Positions 12,471 to 25,419 of a stretch of DNA of 64,000 nt are shown here, piece after piece. The stretch is taken from assembly GCF_006345805.1 (NCBI RefSeq), contig NC_042999.1, forward strand, positions 114,142,001 through 114,206,000. The letters are read 5' to 3'. The stretch's first letter is position 1. Each line of letters opens with the position of its first letter. Made by a program: the position numbers and the translations under genes. The notes under the pieces were generated by a model. That model searched no databases. It was not told the DNA's origin and saw nothing but the letters and a program-made list of their open reading frames with translations. The DNA comes from Octopus sinensis (Eukaryota).

Positions 12471-14149
12471 TAAATTTTACAGGAATTGTGATAAAACTGA
12501 AGAACTGAATAATGTTTATTAGTAAATGCTTACAAAATTTTCTGAAATACAAATGGGTGGTGGGTTCATTAATATTAATTTGGCTTTTATTATTAAAGTG
12601 GAAATAAACCAAAGGACTTAAAGAGTTAATGTACTGAAATATACAAACTTTAATACTTTGAGCCAGATGGACTTCATTGTTGGTAGTTAAGTATATTGGC
12701 TGCTGATAGAACCCAATGCCTTTGGTAGGATATAAACTCTTGACCTATGAACTTGGTTTATGTGTGGTCTGTGCAGAATGATTGTCAGCTTCAATTTTAC
12801 AATAGTGAAACAGAATCCTGGTTTGAATGTAATTGAAAACTTGTGCTCTGAACAAAAATTATATTTGGGTCAGCATATTTTGCATGGATTGCTAAAGTAG
12901 TGAAGCATTCTACACAAGGAATACTTGACAATATCTGTGGGATGTCTATTGTTTGTTTGTTTAAAAAGCCTGCTTAGTTCAGGATGAATGAACTGCCCCT
13001 TGGCCTTGCTATTGATCAAAGGAAAATTGTCAATTGTCAGTTGCTAATGAGAACACTCAGGACATCCAGATGTTATTTGCAGGACAATCTACACACATAC
13101 ACATTCAAACATTGTAATTAACCTTGTGGATAATACAAGAAGACATGATTAGTTATATGCATGAAAGGTATTTTTAAATGACAAAAGTTATATTAGGATA
13201 TTCAAGGTATCACATAAATTATTAAATTTATTAACATTATGTATGGATACTATAGTATATCTTGCTAGATTTAATATACTGATATTTTCTAACACCTACT
13301 CAATTACTTTTCTGAACTGCTCTACTGATGGGAATTCTGAACAACTTATATAGAATATTCATTAGAATTATGTTCATTCTTATGAAACATTCACAGGAAA
13401 AGAAATAAAGGTGAGAGGCAGAGATGAAATAGAGAGAGAATGAGAGAATATGTATGAGTAAAACTACACTGTTTACAACTAAGCAAGTATTTTGAACAGT
13501 TAAAAAAAGGTAAGTACAATGCATTTGAAAGAGGAAACCACTAAAGAGACCCTTGATTACAGGACTTAATATAGCATAAAAGGAACACATATTGTTGGTA
13601 TGAAGCCAAAGTTAATGGAAACAGAATATGGGTTGGCTTTCATACCAGATATAAGAGAAAGCATTGCTTCAGTGCAGGAATATGGCTGATTGAGATAACC
13701 CAATAATGCTGTTAAATGAGAGTTTCAGGTCATTTGTCAGTTTCCTAGGGATTTAGTTTTTAAATTGCTTTTGCTCCTGTATTTTTGTTTCTCAGTGACT
13801 TAATATACAGAGTGCTATTTCAATAGGGATACAGAAATACATTAGTCATGGGCTGTAATAATGAGCACATCTATAGATGATAAGCTCATCATAAAAGAAG
13901 GTTAAGAAAGATATTCCTATCTATTTATTACACACATGTTTATGACAAAAGTAGAAAACGATGAGCTAGAAACAGCAGTTAAATCTCCCTTACATTATTA
14001 CTGTTTTAATCCTTCTGATACCAACCAGCTGAAACTGTTTCTGGTTCTATGATATAAATTTCCTGTTTTAAAGAAATATAAATAAAAACTTTCCATCAAA
14101 ATTTCATATAAATTTATATTCTTTATAGCTTAATAATGATTATGGTGAT

Positions 14150-14535
14150 GTTGATCATTTAACATATGTTTTCTATGCTGGTATGGGTTGTACAGTCTGG
14201 CAGGAATTGGTAAAGTCAGGGGCTGCACCAGCTTTCACAGTCCATTTTGGTTTGGTTTCTATGGTCGGATGCCCTTCCTAACACTAATCACTCCACTGAG
14301 TGTACCAGGTGCTATTTATGTGGCACCAGCACCCACATCAATTAATGCTTTTTACATAGTACCGTTTAGGATCTCAATTCTGTTGTGGTGGGCACGTCTT
14401 CTCAAGTATAGCAATGTGCCACATATTTCGATCCTCTGCCATCTTCTTTGTAAGGTTCAGCGTTTTTTAGATCAGCCTTCAATACTGTGTCTCTTGTCTT
14501 CCTGGGTCTCCTACTTCCACAACTTCCTACCACTC
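14150..14535 (-). mobile_element. RTE 3' end (ORF end plus 3'UTR), decayed
   Basis: Minus ORF has GSRRPRKTRDTVLKADL (compare GRGRPRKTWDEVVKHDL at 39.7 kb), followed by the RTE UTR. Confidence 0.65.
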
Positions 14536-14876
14536 TAAATGATACAGTTATTTCAAATAATACAATTTTTAAAGTTATTTTACTAAATTCTTCACTATTA
14601 ACCAAAATTAAGTGAAACAAAAGCTGTATATTTCAACAGAAATATGGTAATAAAAGGGTTTTAAAAATGAAAGACACATTAGATATACCACATAAAAGAA
14701 AGAACAGGATGATTACAGGGCACCTTTCTTTATGGGTTTGTTTGATCGGGGTTGATCTGGGTCAAACAACAACAGACAGAAAAACAAAAAAGAAATCTTT
14801 TTTTCAAAATCCCAACTCATCATGAGAATATTTTAAATTTTATTTTCATCAATAAGTAATAAAAAAAAAATTACAA

Positions 14877-14913
<37 letters not shown>

Positions 14914-15177
14914 GCCTATGTGTTTTGGATATATGTCAGTGTGTGTGTATGAAATCAGTCAACTTTATGACAACTAATAGTTGGAAAAAAAAAATATGAA
15001 AAGAACAAAACAAGTCCTCAAGAATAAAAAAATTTGGTTATTTAAATCATAGATTTAAATGAATATTACTTTTTTAAAAAATATATTTGTTTTTTTTTTT
15101 TAAAAAAAACTTTTCTTTCACAACTTTTAGTTATTAGTAGACATTAATTCTCAAAGAAAAATTGCTACTAACGCAAG

Positions 15178-15183
15178 TTTATT
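15178..15183 (-). promoter_or_regulatory. Candidate polyadenylation signal of the minus-strand gene
   Basis: AATAAA on the minus strand ~400 nt past the stop codon; weak evidence in AT-rich DNA. Confidence 0.25.
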
Positions 15184-15576
15184 AGCAGGATTACAGTTGT
15201 ATATACTAGAGGTAATTAAACAAGACAACCACTGCAATTACAGGATGAAATTAGAATACACTTGTTATACAGAGAGAAAAAAAATTACCTATACAAATGT
15301 ATGTGTGTGTTTATGTATATTTATAAACATACATAACGTAAATCATTTATGTATATTCATAAATATTTAAGCGAATGCATTGTATAACAATAATGGATGT
15401 ATACAGATTTCTAGATATGCATGTGTGTGTGTGCACAAGTAAATTAATGACAAGATGACTCTAAAGGCAGAGGAGAAAGAGAGGAAAGGAGAAGAGAGAT
15501 TGATGAGAAATGGAGTCGAAGTGATTTCTACTTCATTACGTATTCGTTCATTTTAACATCCAAACCTATTGATGTG

Positions 15577-15753
15577 TTAAGGCTCTGCCAAACACTCCAA
15601 GCGATCAATGACGTGGCGATAGATCTGCACTGTCTCATTGAATTGTTTGTCCAGCAGAGCATACTTCTGTTCAGCGTTCAGGTTAGGCATCGTGGCTGAT
15701 AATTCATCAGGTTGAAGGATGGTTTCTAGTTTTTTGAAATCCCGACCATTTTT
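15577..15753 (-). CDS. Terminal coding exon of an unidentified host gene
   Basis: T-rich acceptor ttttcag; phase 0; KNGRDFKKLETILQPDELSATMPNLNAEQKYALLDKQFNETVQIYRHVIDRLECLAEP-TAA; non-repetitive and higher GC than its flanks. Confidence 0.75.
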   Translation of the reverse strand, partial: KNGRDFKKLETILQPDELSATMPNLNAEQKYALLDKQFNETVQIYRHVIDRLECLAEP

Positions 15754-16194
15754 CTGAAAATATATATATAAAAAAAAGGAAAATGATAATGGTGGGAAGA
15801 AAACTTGATGAGCCTTAAAAACATTCATCCTCATTAATCTACAAAATGTTTGCAAACACACATGGCCAGATAATATCTTTGGTCATTTGTTTATGAATCC
15901 CTTGTGTGTTTTACAAGGATGGCTTGCTAATCCAACAACCACTGAAAAGATACAAAAGAAGTGGAATTCATCACAACAAACTGATGAAATACCTGTTAAT
16001 TTTACAGTTCTCCTTACAAGATATACACTACTCTCTTTGATAGAAACTTATGTGTAAGGAGCCAATAAGGGAACCTTAAATATGTTTGAAAAAGTAATTA
16101 CGCTTCCTTAAACCACACTCTAGCATCTTAAGGAATTACACACTGGATAATGTAAACAGAGTTATTTTGTATGTGTCATGATTGTCATCATCCG

Positions 16195-16950
16195 CACCAT
16201 CATTTAACATCTGTCTTCCAAGCTGGCATGGGTTGGATGGTCAGACAGGAACTGGCAAGGCCAAAGGCCACACCCAGGTTCCATAGTCTATGTTGGTTTG
16301 GTTTCTACAGCTGAATGCTTTTCCTAATGCCAATCACTTTACAGAGTGTACGGGGTACTTTTTACATGGTACTGTCACCAGTGCTTTTTATGTGGTATGT
16401 TTTACATGGCACCATCACCAGTGCTTTTTATGTGGCACCATCACTAATATCAATGCTTTTATGTGGCACCAACATAAGTATCAACACTTTTTATGTGGTA
16501 CCAGCACCAATACTTTTTACATGGTACCAGTACCAACACCCATGCTTTTTATGTGGCACCAGCACCAATACTAATGTTTTTTTATATGGCACTAGCACCA
16601 ACTTTTTACATGGCACCAGTACCAAACTTTTTACATGGTACCAGTACCAATACCAATGCTTTTTATGTGGCACCAGAACTAACACTTTTTACATGACACC
16701 AGTACCAACACCAACACTTTTTACATGGCACTAACACCAATGGTTTTTTTTTACATGGCACCAGTACTAAAACTTTTTACCTGGTATCAACACTTTTGAC
16801 ATGGTACCAACACCAACACTTTTTACAAGGTACCAGCACCAACACCAATGCTTTTTACATGGTACCAGCAACAGCACCTACACTTTTTATGTGGTACCAA
16901 CACCAATGCTTTTTTACATGGTATCACCACCAATGCTTTTTACATGGTAC
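16195..16950 (-). repeat. RTE 3' end with expanded minisatellite (16355-16950)
   Basis: RTE UTR at 16195-16355 runs into ~20 units of tttta(c/t)(a/g)tgg(c/t)acca(g/a)..., mostly 26-33 bp long. Confidence 0.85.
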
Positions 16951-17550
16951 TTTGGATATCAGAGATGTTAATAGCCTTTTGCCACTATAACGGCCAAGTA
17001 TCAATGTCACAGTATAAACTAATACTTTGGCCAGTTCTTTGGTGTTTCAAAACCCTACTGCTTTGATCATATGCAGTATTATAATATTCAATGGGGTGGG
17101 GGATTGTACTGAAATGAAATAATAATCAAACTTTTTATGACAAAACACAAAGTCAACAATTGTAATAAAACAAACACTAGGCAATTACATGATCATTATA
17201 TTAAAAATAGTTATAATATATATGATGGTTTAAGTCAACAGAATATCAGAAAACTAGGTAAGATATTGGCAGTTCAAGATAGCTTGTGTAAAAATTAAAA
17301 AATGCTGGCCAACAACCTTATCCAAAGATAACCTACTTTTGCATCTACAAAATAAAATTGTATTGTATTGATTTAAATGTTTAGTTAGTATTTCTTGACC
17401 AATGGAGAGAGAGAGAGGGAGAGAGAGAAGAAACAACAGAAAATGAACCCTCAAAACAAAACCCTTGTATAATTTTACCAGCATACAAGATGAATATTGT
17501 AGGCCAAAAAATTCTATGTGAATTGCAGCAGGATTTGAAAGATAGTGATA

Positions 17551-17920
17551 CTCATTTACCTGTTTCAGTCATTTGACTGTGGCCATGCTGGAGCACCGCC
17601 TTTAGTCAAGCAAATCGACCCCAGGACTTATTCTGTCTCTTTTGCCGAACCGCTAAGTTACGGGGACGTAAACACACCAGCATCAGTTGTCAAGTGATGT
17701 TGGGGGGGGGGGGACAAACACAGACACACAAAAGTATACACACACATACATATATATGACGGGCTTCTTTCAGTTTCTGTCTACCAAATCCACTCGCAAG
17801 GCTTTGGTCGGTCCGAGGCTATAGTAGAAGACACTTGCCCAAGGTGCCACGCAGTAGGACTGAACCTGGAACTATGTGGTTCGTATGCAAGCTACTTACC
17901 ACACAGCCACTCCTATGCCT
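17551..17920 (-). mobile_element. SINE family A, full length
   Basis: Near-identical to the 3545 copy. Confidence 0.9.
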
Positions 17921-18089
17921 AGTTTACACTAGGTCAACTTGTATGTCAGAAAATACATTATTATTTATGATGTTTGGCATGCAATTTCAGTTACAAAAGT
18001 GAATTTGAATGAATTTTCATTTTGAAAATTTTGTAAGCCATGCCATTAACAGCAAGATCCAAAGATGAATTTGAGAGTTTTCTCTCTAG

Positions 18090-18371
18090 GAATTTTTCAA
18101 ATACCGAGAGAAAAGAAATTATTCAATTTTACATAGATGACACACATGTAAATATTTTTGATGTCAGTTGTCGTGGAAATGAAATTAAAACGAAAGAAAT
18201 TTATGTGAAAACATGGAACAAAAAATGCCAAGCCTTAAATATCAATGAATTTTCACTTGCAAAAATACATTTTTTACCAGGTAATAATGGAAAAGAAAAC
18301 TTGTAAAAATAAATTGCTCCAAACAGGATAATTAACGAACATGATGAAGAAATGAAGGTAGTACTTGCCAG
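18090..18371 (+). pseudogene. Decayed multi-exon coding segment, copy B
   Basis: Acceptor ttttctctctag; NFSNTERKEIIQFYIDDTHVNI..KEIYVKTWNKK..NINEFSLAKI, then IINEHDEEMKVVLAR|gtaaag. Confidence 0.35.
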
Positions 18372-19084
18372 GTAAAGAAAGCTAATTTAATATTTATGAG
18401 AAACAAATTTTTAGTTGACTTAATTTTTTTTTCATCTTAATTGTTTGTTGTATGTGTTCATACTGCTTATATATTTATTTAACTTTTAACATTTCATTTG
18501 AAATTTCATAATGCATAAAAAATTATATACTTATATTCTCAAACAAACACACATTTAAAAGCATTTATCCCATATTTATTGCTGGAAATTATGTTGAAAT
18601 TATGATGAAATTAAATCACTGGAAAGTGTTTATCCATAAAAGGTGTTTATTAGAAAACTTAGTGAAGTACCCATGAAAAATTCATGGGTGATAGACGCTC
18701 ATTAGTTTTATGGTTAATTACTGGCAGTATTGAAAGGGATTATATGAATAAAATATAAACATTCTTTTTTATCATCTCATAAATAATATACAATTTATAC
18801 ATGAACAGTTAAACCTGAACATTCCTACCCAGTGTACAGCTAATGCAATGTCCTGATCAGGTTTCCACATGATTCATAGGGAAAGTACCACAGCAGAGAG
18901 CTGAAGACACTGCTAATGATATCAGCAGGGATCTTAAAGAGAAAGTATTCAGAAACTTCCTAACAGCAAAAGCATACACAGACAACAGCTGTTGCTTTTA
19001 GTTTTATGTGAAAAATGGAGCAATTGAAGGCCCGTACTTCAAATATTACTATGAACTTCAATAAACTTTAATGTATTCTTTATC

Positions 19085-19322
19085 TTTTACTTGTTTCAGT
19101 CACTGTACTGCAACAAGCTAGGGCACTATCTTGAAGAGTTTAGTTTATCAGAGCCTTAACAGGTCATTTTCAGTTTCCACCTAGCAAATCCTATCACAAG
19201 GCTTTGGTCAGCCCAGGTCTGTAGTAGAACACACTTGCCCTAAGTGCCATGCAGTGGGACTGAAACTGAGACCATGTGGTTGGGAAAGTAAATTTCTTGC
19301 CATGTAGCCATTGCTGCACCTA
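19085..19322 (-). mobile_element. SINE family A, internally deleted
   Basis: Homology to the 3545 copy. Confidence 0.7.
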
Positions 19323-19419
19323 TAATATATATTGAGACTAATTTAATTCATTACACTATTTGTCTTATAGAGTTTAGTGTTAGACAAAACAAACACTGCA
19401 TAACAATAATAATAATAAC

Positions 19420-20860
19420 AATAATCCTTTCTACTAAAGGCACAAGGCCCGAAATTTTGCGGGAGGGGACTAGTTGATTATATCGTCCCCAGTGTTTCAC
19501 TAGTACTTAGTTTATCGACCATCCCATCCCCCAAAAGGATGAAGGGCAAAGTTGACATTGTCGGAATTTGAACTCAGAATGTAAAGATGGATGAAATGCT
19601 GCTTAGCATTTTGCTCAGTTTGTTAATGATTTTGCCAGCTTGCCACCTTAATAGTAATAATGACGGTTTCAAATTTTGGCACAAGGCCACCAATTTCAGG
19701 GGTGGGGAAAAGTCGATTACATCAACCCCAGTACTTAACTGGTATTTATTTCATCAACCTCAAAAGGATGAAAAAGCAAAGTCGACTTCAGTTGCATTTG
19801 AACATATAATGTAAAGCCAGAAGAAATACCAGAGCATTCTGCCAGTTCCACCACCTTAATAATAATAATAATAATAATCCTTTCAACTATAGATACAAGG
19901 CTAGAAATTTGGGGGAGGGGGATAGTTGATTTCATCGACTCCAGTGTGTAACTGGTACTTATTTCATCAACCCTGAAAGGATGAAAGGTAAAGTTAACCT
20001 CGGTGGTATTTGAACTCAACATAAGGACGGACAAAATGTCACTAAGCAATATCACCCGCAGCGGTGGTGCCCCAGCATGGCCGCAGCCTTCGGGCTAAAA
20101 CATTTTTAAGGATTTAAGGAGTGCTAACAATTCTGCAAGCTCGCCGCTTTCAATAATAATAATAATCCTTTCTATTAAAGGCACAAGGTCTGAAATTAGG
20201 GAGAGGGAACTAGTTGATTACATCGACCCCGCCCCCTGTTTCACTGGTACTTAATTTATCGACCCTGAAAGGATGAAAAGCAAAGTCGACCTCAGCAGAA
20301 TTTAAAGATGAGCAAAATACCACTAGGCATTTCACCTGGTATGTTAACGATTCTGCTAATCCTTTCTATTATAGGCACAAGGCCTGAAATTTTGAGGGAG
20401 GGAGATAGTTGATAACATCAACCACAGAACTCAACTGGTAATTATTTTATTGACCCTGAAGGAATGAAAGGCAAAGATGATGTTGGCAGAATTTGAACTC
20501 AGAATGTGAAGATGGACGAAATACCACTAAGCATTTCGCCTGCTAACGATTCTACCATGCATGCTAATGGTTCTGCCAGCTTACCACCTTAATAATAGTA
20601 ATAATTGTTTCTAACATAGGAACAAGGTCTTAAAGCTTAGGGTTGAAAGTTATTTGAAGAAATAGAAGTCAACTTAATAATAATGATTTCTTATTTAGGC
20701 ACAATGCCAGCAGTAATTGAGTGGGTAGGAAATTTAGTTGTCACTGACACCAGTACTTGGCTGGTAACTTTATTTTATTAACCTGGAGGGACGAAAGGCA
20801 ATTTACTGACAGTTTAGTGATTCTGGGGGACAGAGTTATGGATATCAACCCCCAGTACTT
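19420..20860 (-). mobile_element. Stack of SINE family B copies
   Basis: About five near-complete copies plus fragments in the same orientation, separated by (AAT)n; each has ggcacaaggc..gaaattt and gaaaggatgaaaggcaaagtcgac. Confidence 0.9.
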
Positions 20861-23091
20861 TTAATAAAGAAGTAGAGAGAATTAATGATATTTAGCCCCA
20901 GGTTAGTTCAAATCTGGCAGACCCTGTGATAAAGGTATTCCATATATGACCACCCCAATTTTCTTTTTCTTCGTGTGTAATATATGTGAGACAGGGATCT
21001 TTTCCTTTTGATGGATGGAATTTTCTAGTTAACTAAACAATTTGATAGAATGTGTCAAAAGAAAACATTTTAATGAACATGTCCTTCCTATTTTGAAAAC
21101 GAAGAGGGTGTAATGGGCTTGTATTTCTAGTAGGTTGAGTTACTCACTGCATAAGTTTCTGTTGGCTCTTGATATTCAGAAATAATGTATAAAGGACAAA
21201 GAATGAGATAAGAAAAAAAGTGAGAGAGGAAAGAGGACCAGCAATACAGAATATGTGTGTGTGAGAGAGATCAGAGCATGGTTGGTAATATCTAATATCT
21301 ATTTCCATACAGAGTTCTTTTCTCCCACTTCCACCTAAAAGACAATGCACTTTACTCACTAAATCCCAAGGACCCACCTCACACTGCCCTCAATCTCTTT
21401 ATCCTTCAACATCTCACTCATCTCTCTCTTTCTCTCACTCACAGACCAATGAAGATCTACCTTTCTATCTGCCACTACCCACTTTCCCATAACAAATTGA
21501 TTCCATTTACTCTCCATACACCTCTCTCAATCAGAAAAAAATTTAAAAAAAAAGTAAAAAAACCTAAAAGTTCTGTTTCCCCCTCCTCCATCAGTAGGAC
21601 ACTACTACCAAAACACTCTCTGCAAACCTTGAAGTTATGACCCCCATCCCACTCTAGCCATCCAGCCTTTCTGCCACACTAACTAATCATCTTTCTTTCC
21701 CTTTACCTTCCCCTAAGTCCACCACAGTCTCTTTTTCCAAGTCCTAGTCACTACTGCTTAACAACCAGAAAACCCTTTCCTCTACAGGATTCCCCTCCTT
21801 CCCTACAACAAAAAAAAAAAAAAAAAAAAAAAAAATTCATGAGTCACACTTTAAAACTAACATTTGATTCTATAAAAAAAAGACCAACTTGTTGTTGTTG
21901 TTGCAGTTTCCACCTACTGCTTCCTTAACACAGAGTGTCTGTAAGCAACAGTGAAGCTATTGTTTGTTCAACACTTCCATTTTACAACACAGTTTTATAT
22001 TAATGTGTTGAGAGGCAAAAACGGCCAAGCAGATAAGGCATCATACTACTACGTCATAGTTCTAAGTTCAAATCCAATTATTGTGCTTCTGAGGAGGTTA
22101 CTATATTCAGTGTACCTTTGTTCAAGGAGCTGCCAAGAATAGGTAGTATATTAACTGATGGGTAAGTTATCTTCATCTGTTCTATCCAGAGTGAACCTGG
22201 TATCAATTGCTCAGTGTTAAAAAAAACAAAAAAAAAAACAAACAAACAAAACTAAATGACTCAATAGTTCATAGATACATTAAATAAATTTATACACTGT
22301 TGTGGAACCATACTTAACCCGCAGGCTGATTGATTGGCCCAAGTGATACAAGCTGAAAGGACTTTGAGGCCAATCCATTGGCCCAATGGAACAAATGTTG
22401 TGAATGTTTGGTTTTGAAGTGCAATAGCTAATCAGAAATCATCTCTCAGTAGATGTATCTCAATAGAGAAAAAAATATTGGTCTTTTTGGCTACACATAC
22501 CAAAACACTGTGTCTTTCAAAAGGGTTAACATTTACAGTAGGGCATAAGTTGTGATATTAACAAATGCTCTAACCCAATGAGATAACTCAGTGTTGATGC
22601 TCCTTCTATTACACTTGGTGTGTTCCCAAACTACCTGATATTCTTAGTAAATGCTTCAATTTTCCTCTAAGCAAGAAACTTAACCTGTGGACCTATCTTA
22701 AAGTATGTCCTTTTCAAGAAGCCTGATCTATCTGACTAACCACCTTCACTTCCAACATCTCTTAGGTAATGGAAACAATTGTGGACAGATGGGTCTCATT
22801 GAGGCAATGACAAATGACCAAGACCTTTGGTGATATGCTGTGCTTGAGAAGACTTGTCAAGCCAAGTGAAGTCATAGTGGTGGCTGATGCCAGTATCAGG
22901 TAACTGGGCACTCATTACACTATTGGAATAGTTGACATTAGGAAGGACATACAGTTGTAGAAACCATGCCAAATCAGACTAGAACTTGGTGCAGCTCTCC
23001 AGCTTACCAATTCCAGTCAAACCACCTAACCCATGCCAGCATGGAAAGTAGATGCTATATGATGATGATAATGAGGATGAATCTCCTTTAC

Positions 23092-23219
23092 CGATTTGAG
23101 TCTCTTTACTTTTCTGAGAGCACAAATACTGTTTCCATGATTTCCTGTATCATACATACATTGATAAGGTTTTGCCACAGAGAAAGCAATAATATTCATG
23201 TCATCAGCATTGACCATAT
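23092..23219 (-). CDS. Candidate internal exon of the host gene
   Basis: Acceptor ttttcctgcaccag, donor gtaaag; phase 1 to 0; MVNADDMNIIAFSVAKPYQCMYDTGNHGNSICALRKVKRLKS; only this frame is open; joins the terminal exon in phase. Confidence 0.5.
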
Positions 23220-23339
23220 CTGGTGCAGGAAAACTTTAGCTGAGTTGCTGGCTTATAGCAATAAGAAGTTACCTTTAATAATAACAAATCCATTTTATTA
23301 AATTTTTCATTACTCTCAAAATTAATTAAAATGTGATGA

Positions 23340-23470
23340 AAGGGTTAAGGAGGAAATTGTAGGTAATATCACTTTCATAGTTGTATATGTTGTTGGAAGT
23401 GATAATCAGGAGGTGATTAACATACAGAAGGTAGAGTGCAGGAGGTGTAACTGAACCTTTCTTGCTCCTC
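23340..23470 (-). mobile_element. Small LINE RT remnant
   Basis: KGSVTPPALYLLYVNHLLIITSNNIYNYESD resembles the QGSVLSP-LF--YINDL...YADD region. Confidence 0.35.
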
Positions 23471-23944
23471 ATCTGTTTCCAAACAAGGTAATATCCCCCA
23501 CCCCTGACTAGAAATATTTTCATGGAAGATCAGAGACAAAACAACTCCACTGGTTGAGCAATGTCAAGAAAAGGGAACACAAGCATACAAATACAATGGG
23601 CTGCTTTCAGTTTCTCTCAACCAGATTCATTCATAAAGAGGGATTACTGACTTGCTTTGTGAAGAATCTATATAAACTTATATTTCTAAACCATTCACTT
23701 CTAATGATGGACCTTTGTACTTGAAATATATAAAAGTTTCTCAACTTTCACTTTTCACACTGTTAAAAGCCCTGTCTTCATTTATTATTTGTTGCCGTTT
23801 GACCCTAAGTCAGTCCAGTTTGAGCAAACGTATGATCACATGCATTTCCAGCCAAAACCCTAAGCAGTCTACATGCAGGACCATGTTATTCAATATGACC
23901 TTCTTTTCCAAGATAATGTCTTTTAAGAGAAACTTGGCTGCTAT

Positions 23945-25275
23945 TTCTAGGAATAGCTGAGTCACTGCCAGAACTAGAGATAAAGTTTAGGGTGTGGAAG
24001 TAAGATCTAGAATCGAAGGGTCTTAGGATTAACCTAGCAAAAACCAAAGACTTAGTAAGTAGGAAGGCTATCAAACCACAACCCCTTTCGGGTAGATGGC
24101 CCTGCTCGATCTGTAGAAAAGGCGTGGGTAGAAACTCTATACAATGTACCTGGTGTAAGCTATGGTGCAGCAATATGAAAGGAAGGTTATCCAGGAAGAT
24201 AGATTTTGTGTGGCAGATGCACAGGGGCAATAAACACTGACAATGGACAGAAAACAGATTTCATCACATGCCAGAGGGAAAAGCTAGAAGTAGTTAATAG
24301 CTTCTGCTACCTAGGTGACCAAGTCTGTAGTGGAGGTGGTTGCTCTGAGAGCGTAGCTGCTAGAATAAAAGTAGTCTGGGCAAAGTTCAGGGAGTTCCTA
24401 CCTCTGCTGGCAACTAAGGGCCTCTTACTCAGGATGAAAGGTAGACTGTATGATGCATGTGTGTGAATGGCCTTGCTACATGGCAGTGAAACATGGGCCA
24501 TGACTGCTGAGGACATGCATAGGCTTGAAAGAAATGAAGCTAGTATGATCCGCTGGATGTGTAATGTCAGTGTGCATACATGACAGAGTGTAATTACCCT
24601 GAGAGAAAAGTTGGGCATAAGAAGCATCAAATGTGGTGTGCATGAGAGATGACTGCGTTGGTAAGATCATGCCACTCCTTGTGGAAGAGGTAGACCTAGG
24701 AAGATATGGGATGAGGTGATGAAGCATGACCTTCGAACATTGGGCCTCACAGAGGCAATGACAGGAGACCAAGATCTTTGGATATATGCTGTGATTGAGA
24801 AGACCCGGCAACTAAAGTGAGATCGCAGCCATGCATGTCTGGCCCAGTAAAGAGTACCCCTGATGGGTCATGCGATATGATATGCTTGAGAAGACCTGTT
24901 GAGTCAAGTAAAACCAATATTGTAGCTGTGGCCAGTGCCCCCTGGCTGACTCCTGTGCTGGTGGCACATAAAAAACACCATCTGCGAACGCGGTCAATAC
25001 CAGGTCCACCTGAATGGCTCTTGTGCTAGTGGTACGTAAAAAGCACCATGCAAATATGGCTAATGCCAGTACCCCTTGACTGGCTCTCGTGGCACTGGCA
25101 CATAAAAAGCAACCACTACACTCTTGGAATGGTTGGCGTTAGGAAGGGCATGAAGCTGTAGAAAAATTGCCAGATCAGATTGGAGCCTGGTGCAGCTGCT
25201 GGCTCTCCAGACCTTAGTCAAACTGTCCAACCCATGCTGGCATGGAAAACAGACGTTAAACGATAATGATGATTA
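23945..25275 (+). mobile_element. 5'-truncated RTE LINE with 3'UTR and (GAT)n tail
   Basis: LEVVNSFCYLGDQV..GGGCSESVAARI..KGRLYDACV, homologous to the 39585 ORF; stops and an internal deletion. Confidence 0.9.
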
Positions 25276-25371
25276 CTTAAATGATTATATGAACACACAC
25301 AGAAATTCAATTCTATGATACATATATATGTGTTTGTGTGTGTGTATCATGATGTACATCAGTATATATAC

Positions 25372-25417
<46 letters not shown>

Positions 25418-25419
<2 letters not shown>

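Noticed and set aside
12640-13080. Possible decayed Tc1/mariner transposase
   Set aside because: Only a faint VYVWSV resemblance; catalytic motifs and TIRs not recoverable
16355-16950. Repeat array as a CRISPR candidate
   Set aside because: Degenerate head-to-tail units with no unique spacers and no cas genes; eukaryotic context
16290-17066. Several overlapping ORFs up to 139 aa
   Set aside because: By-products of the stop-poor minisatellite; open on both strands
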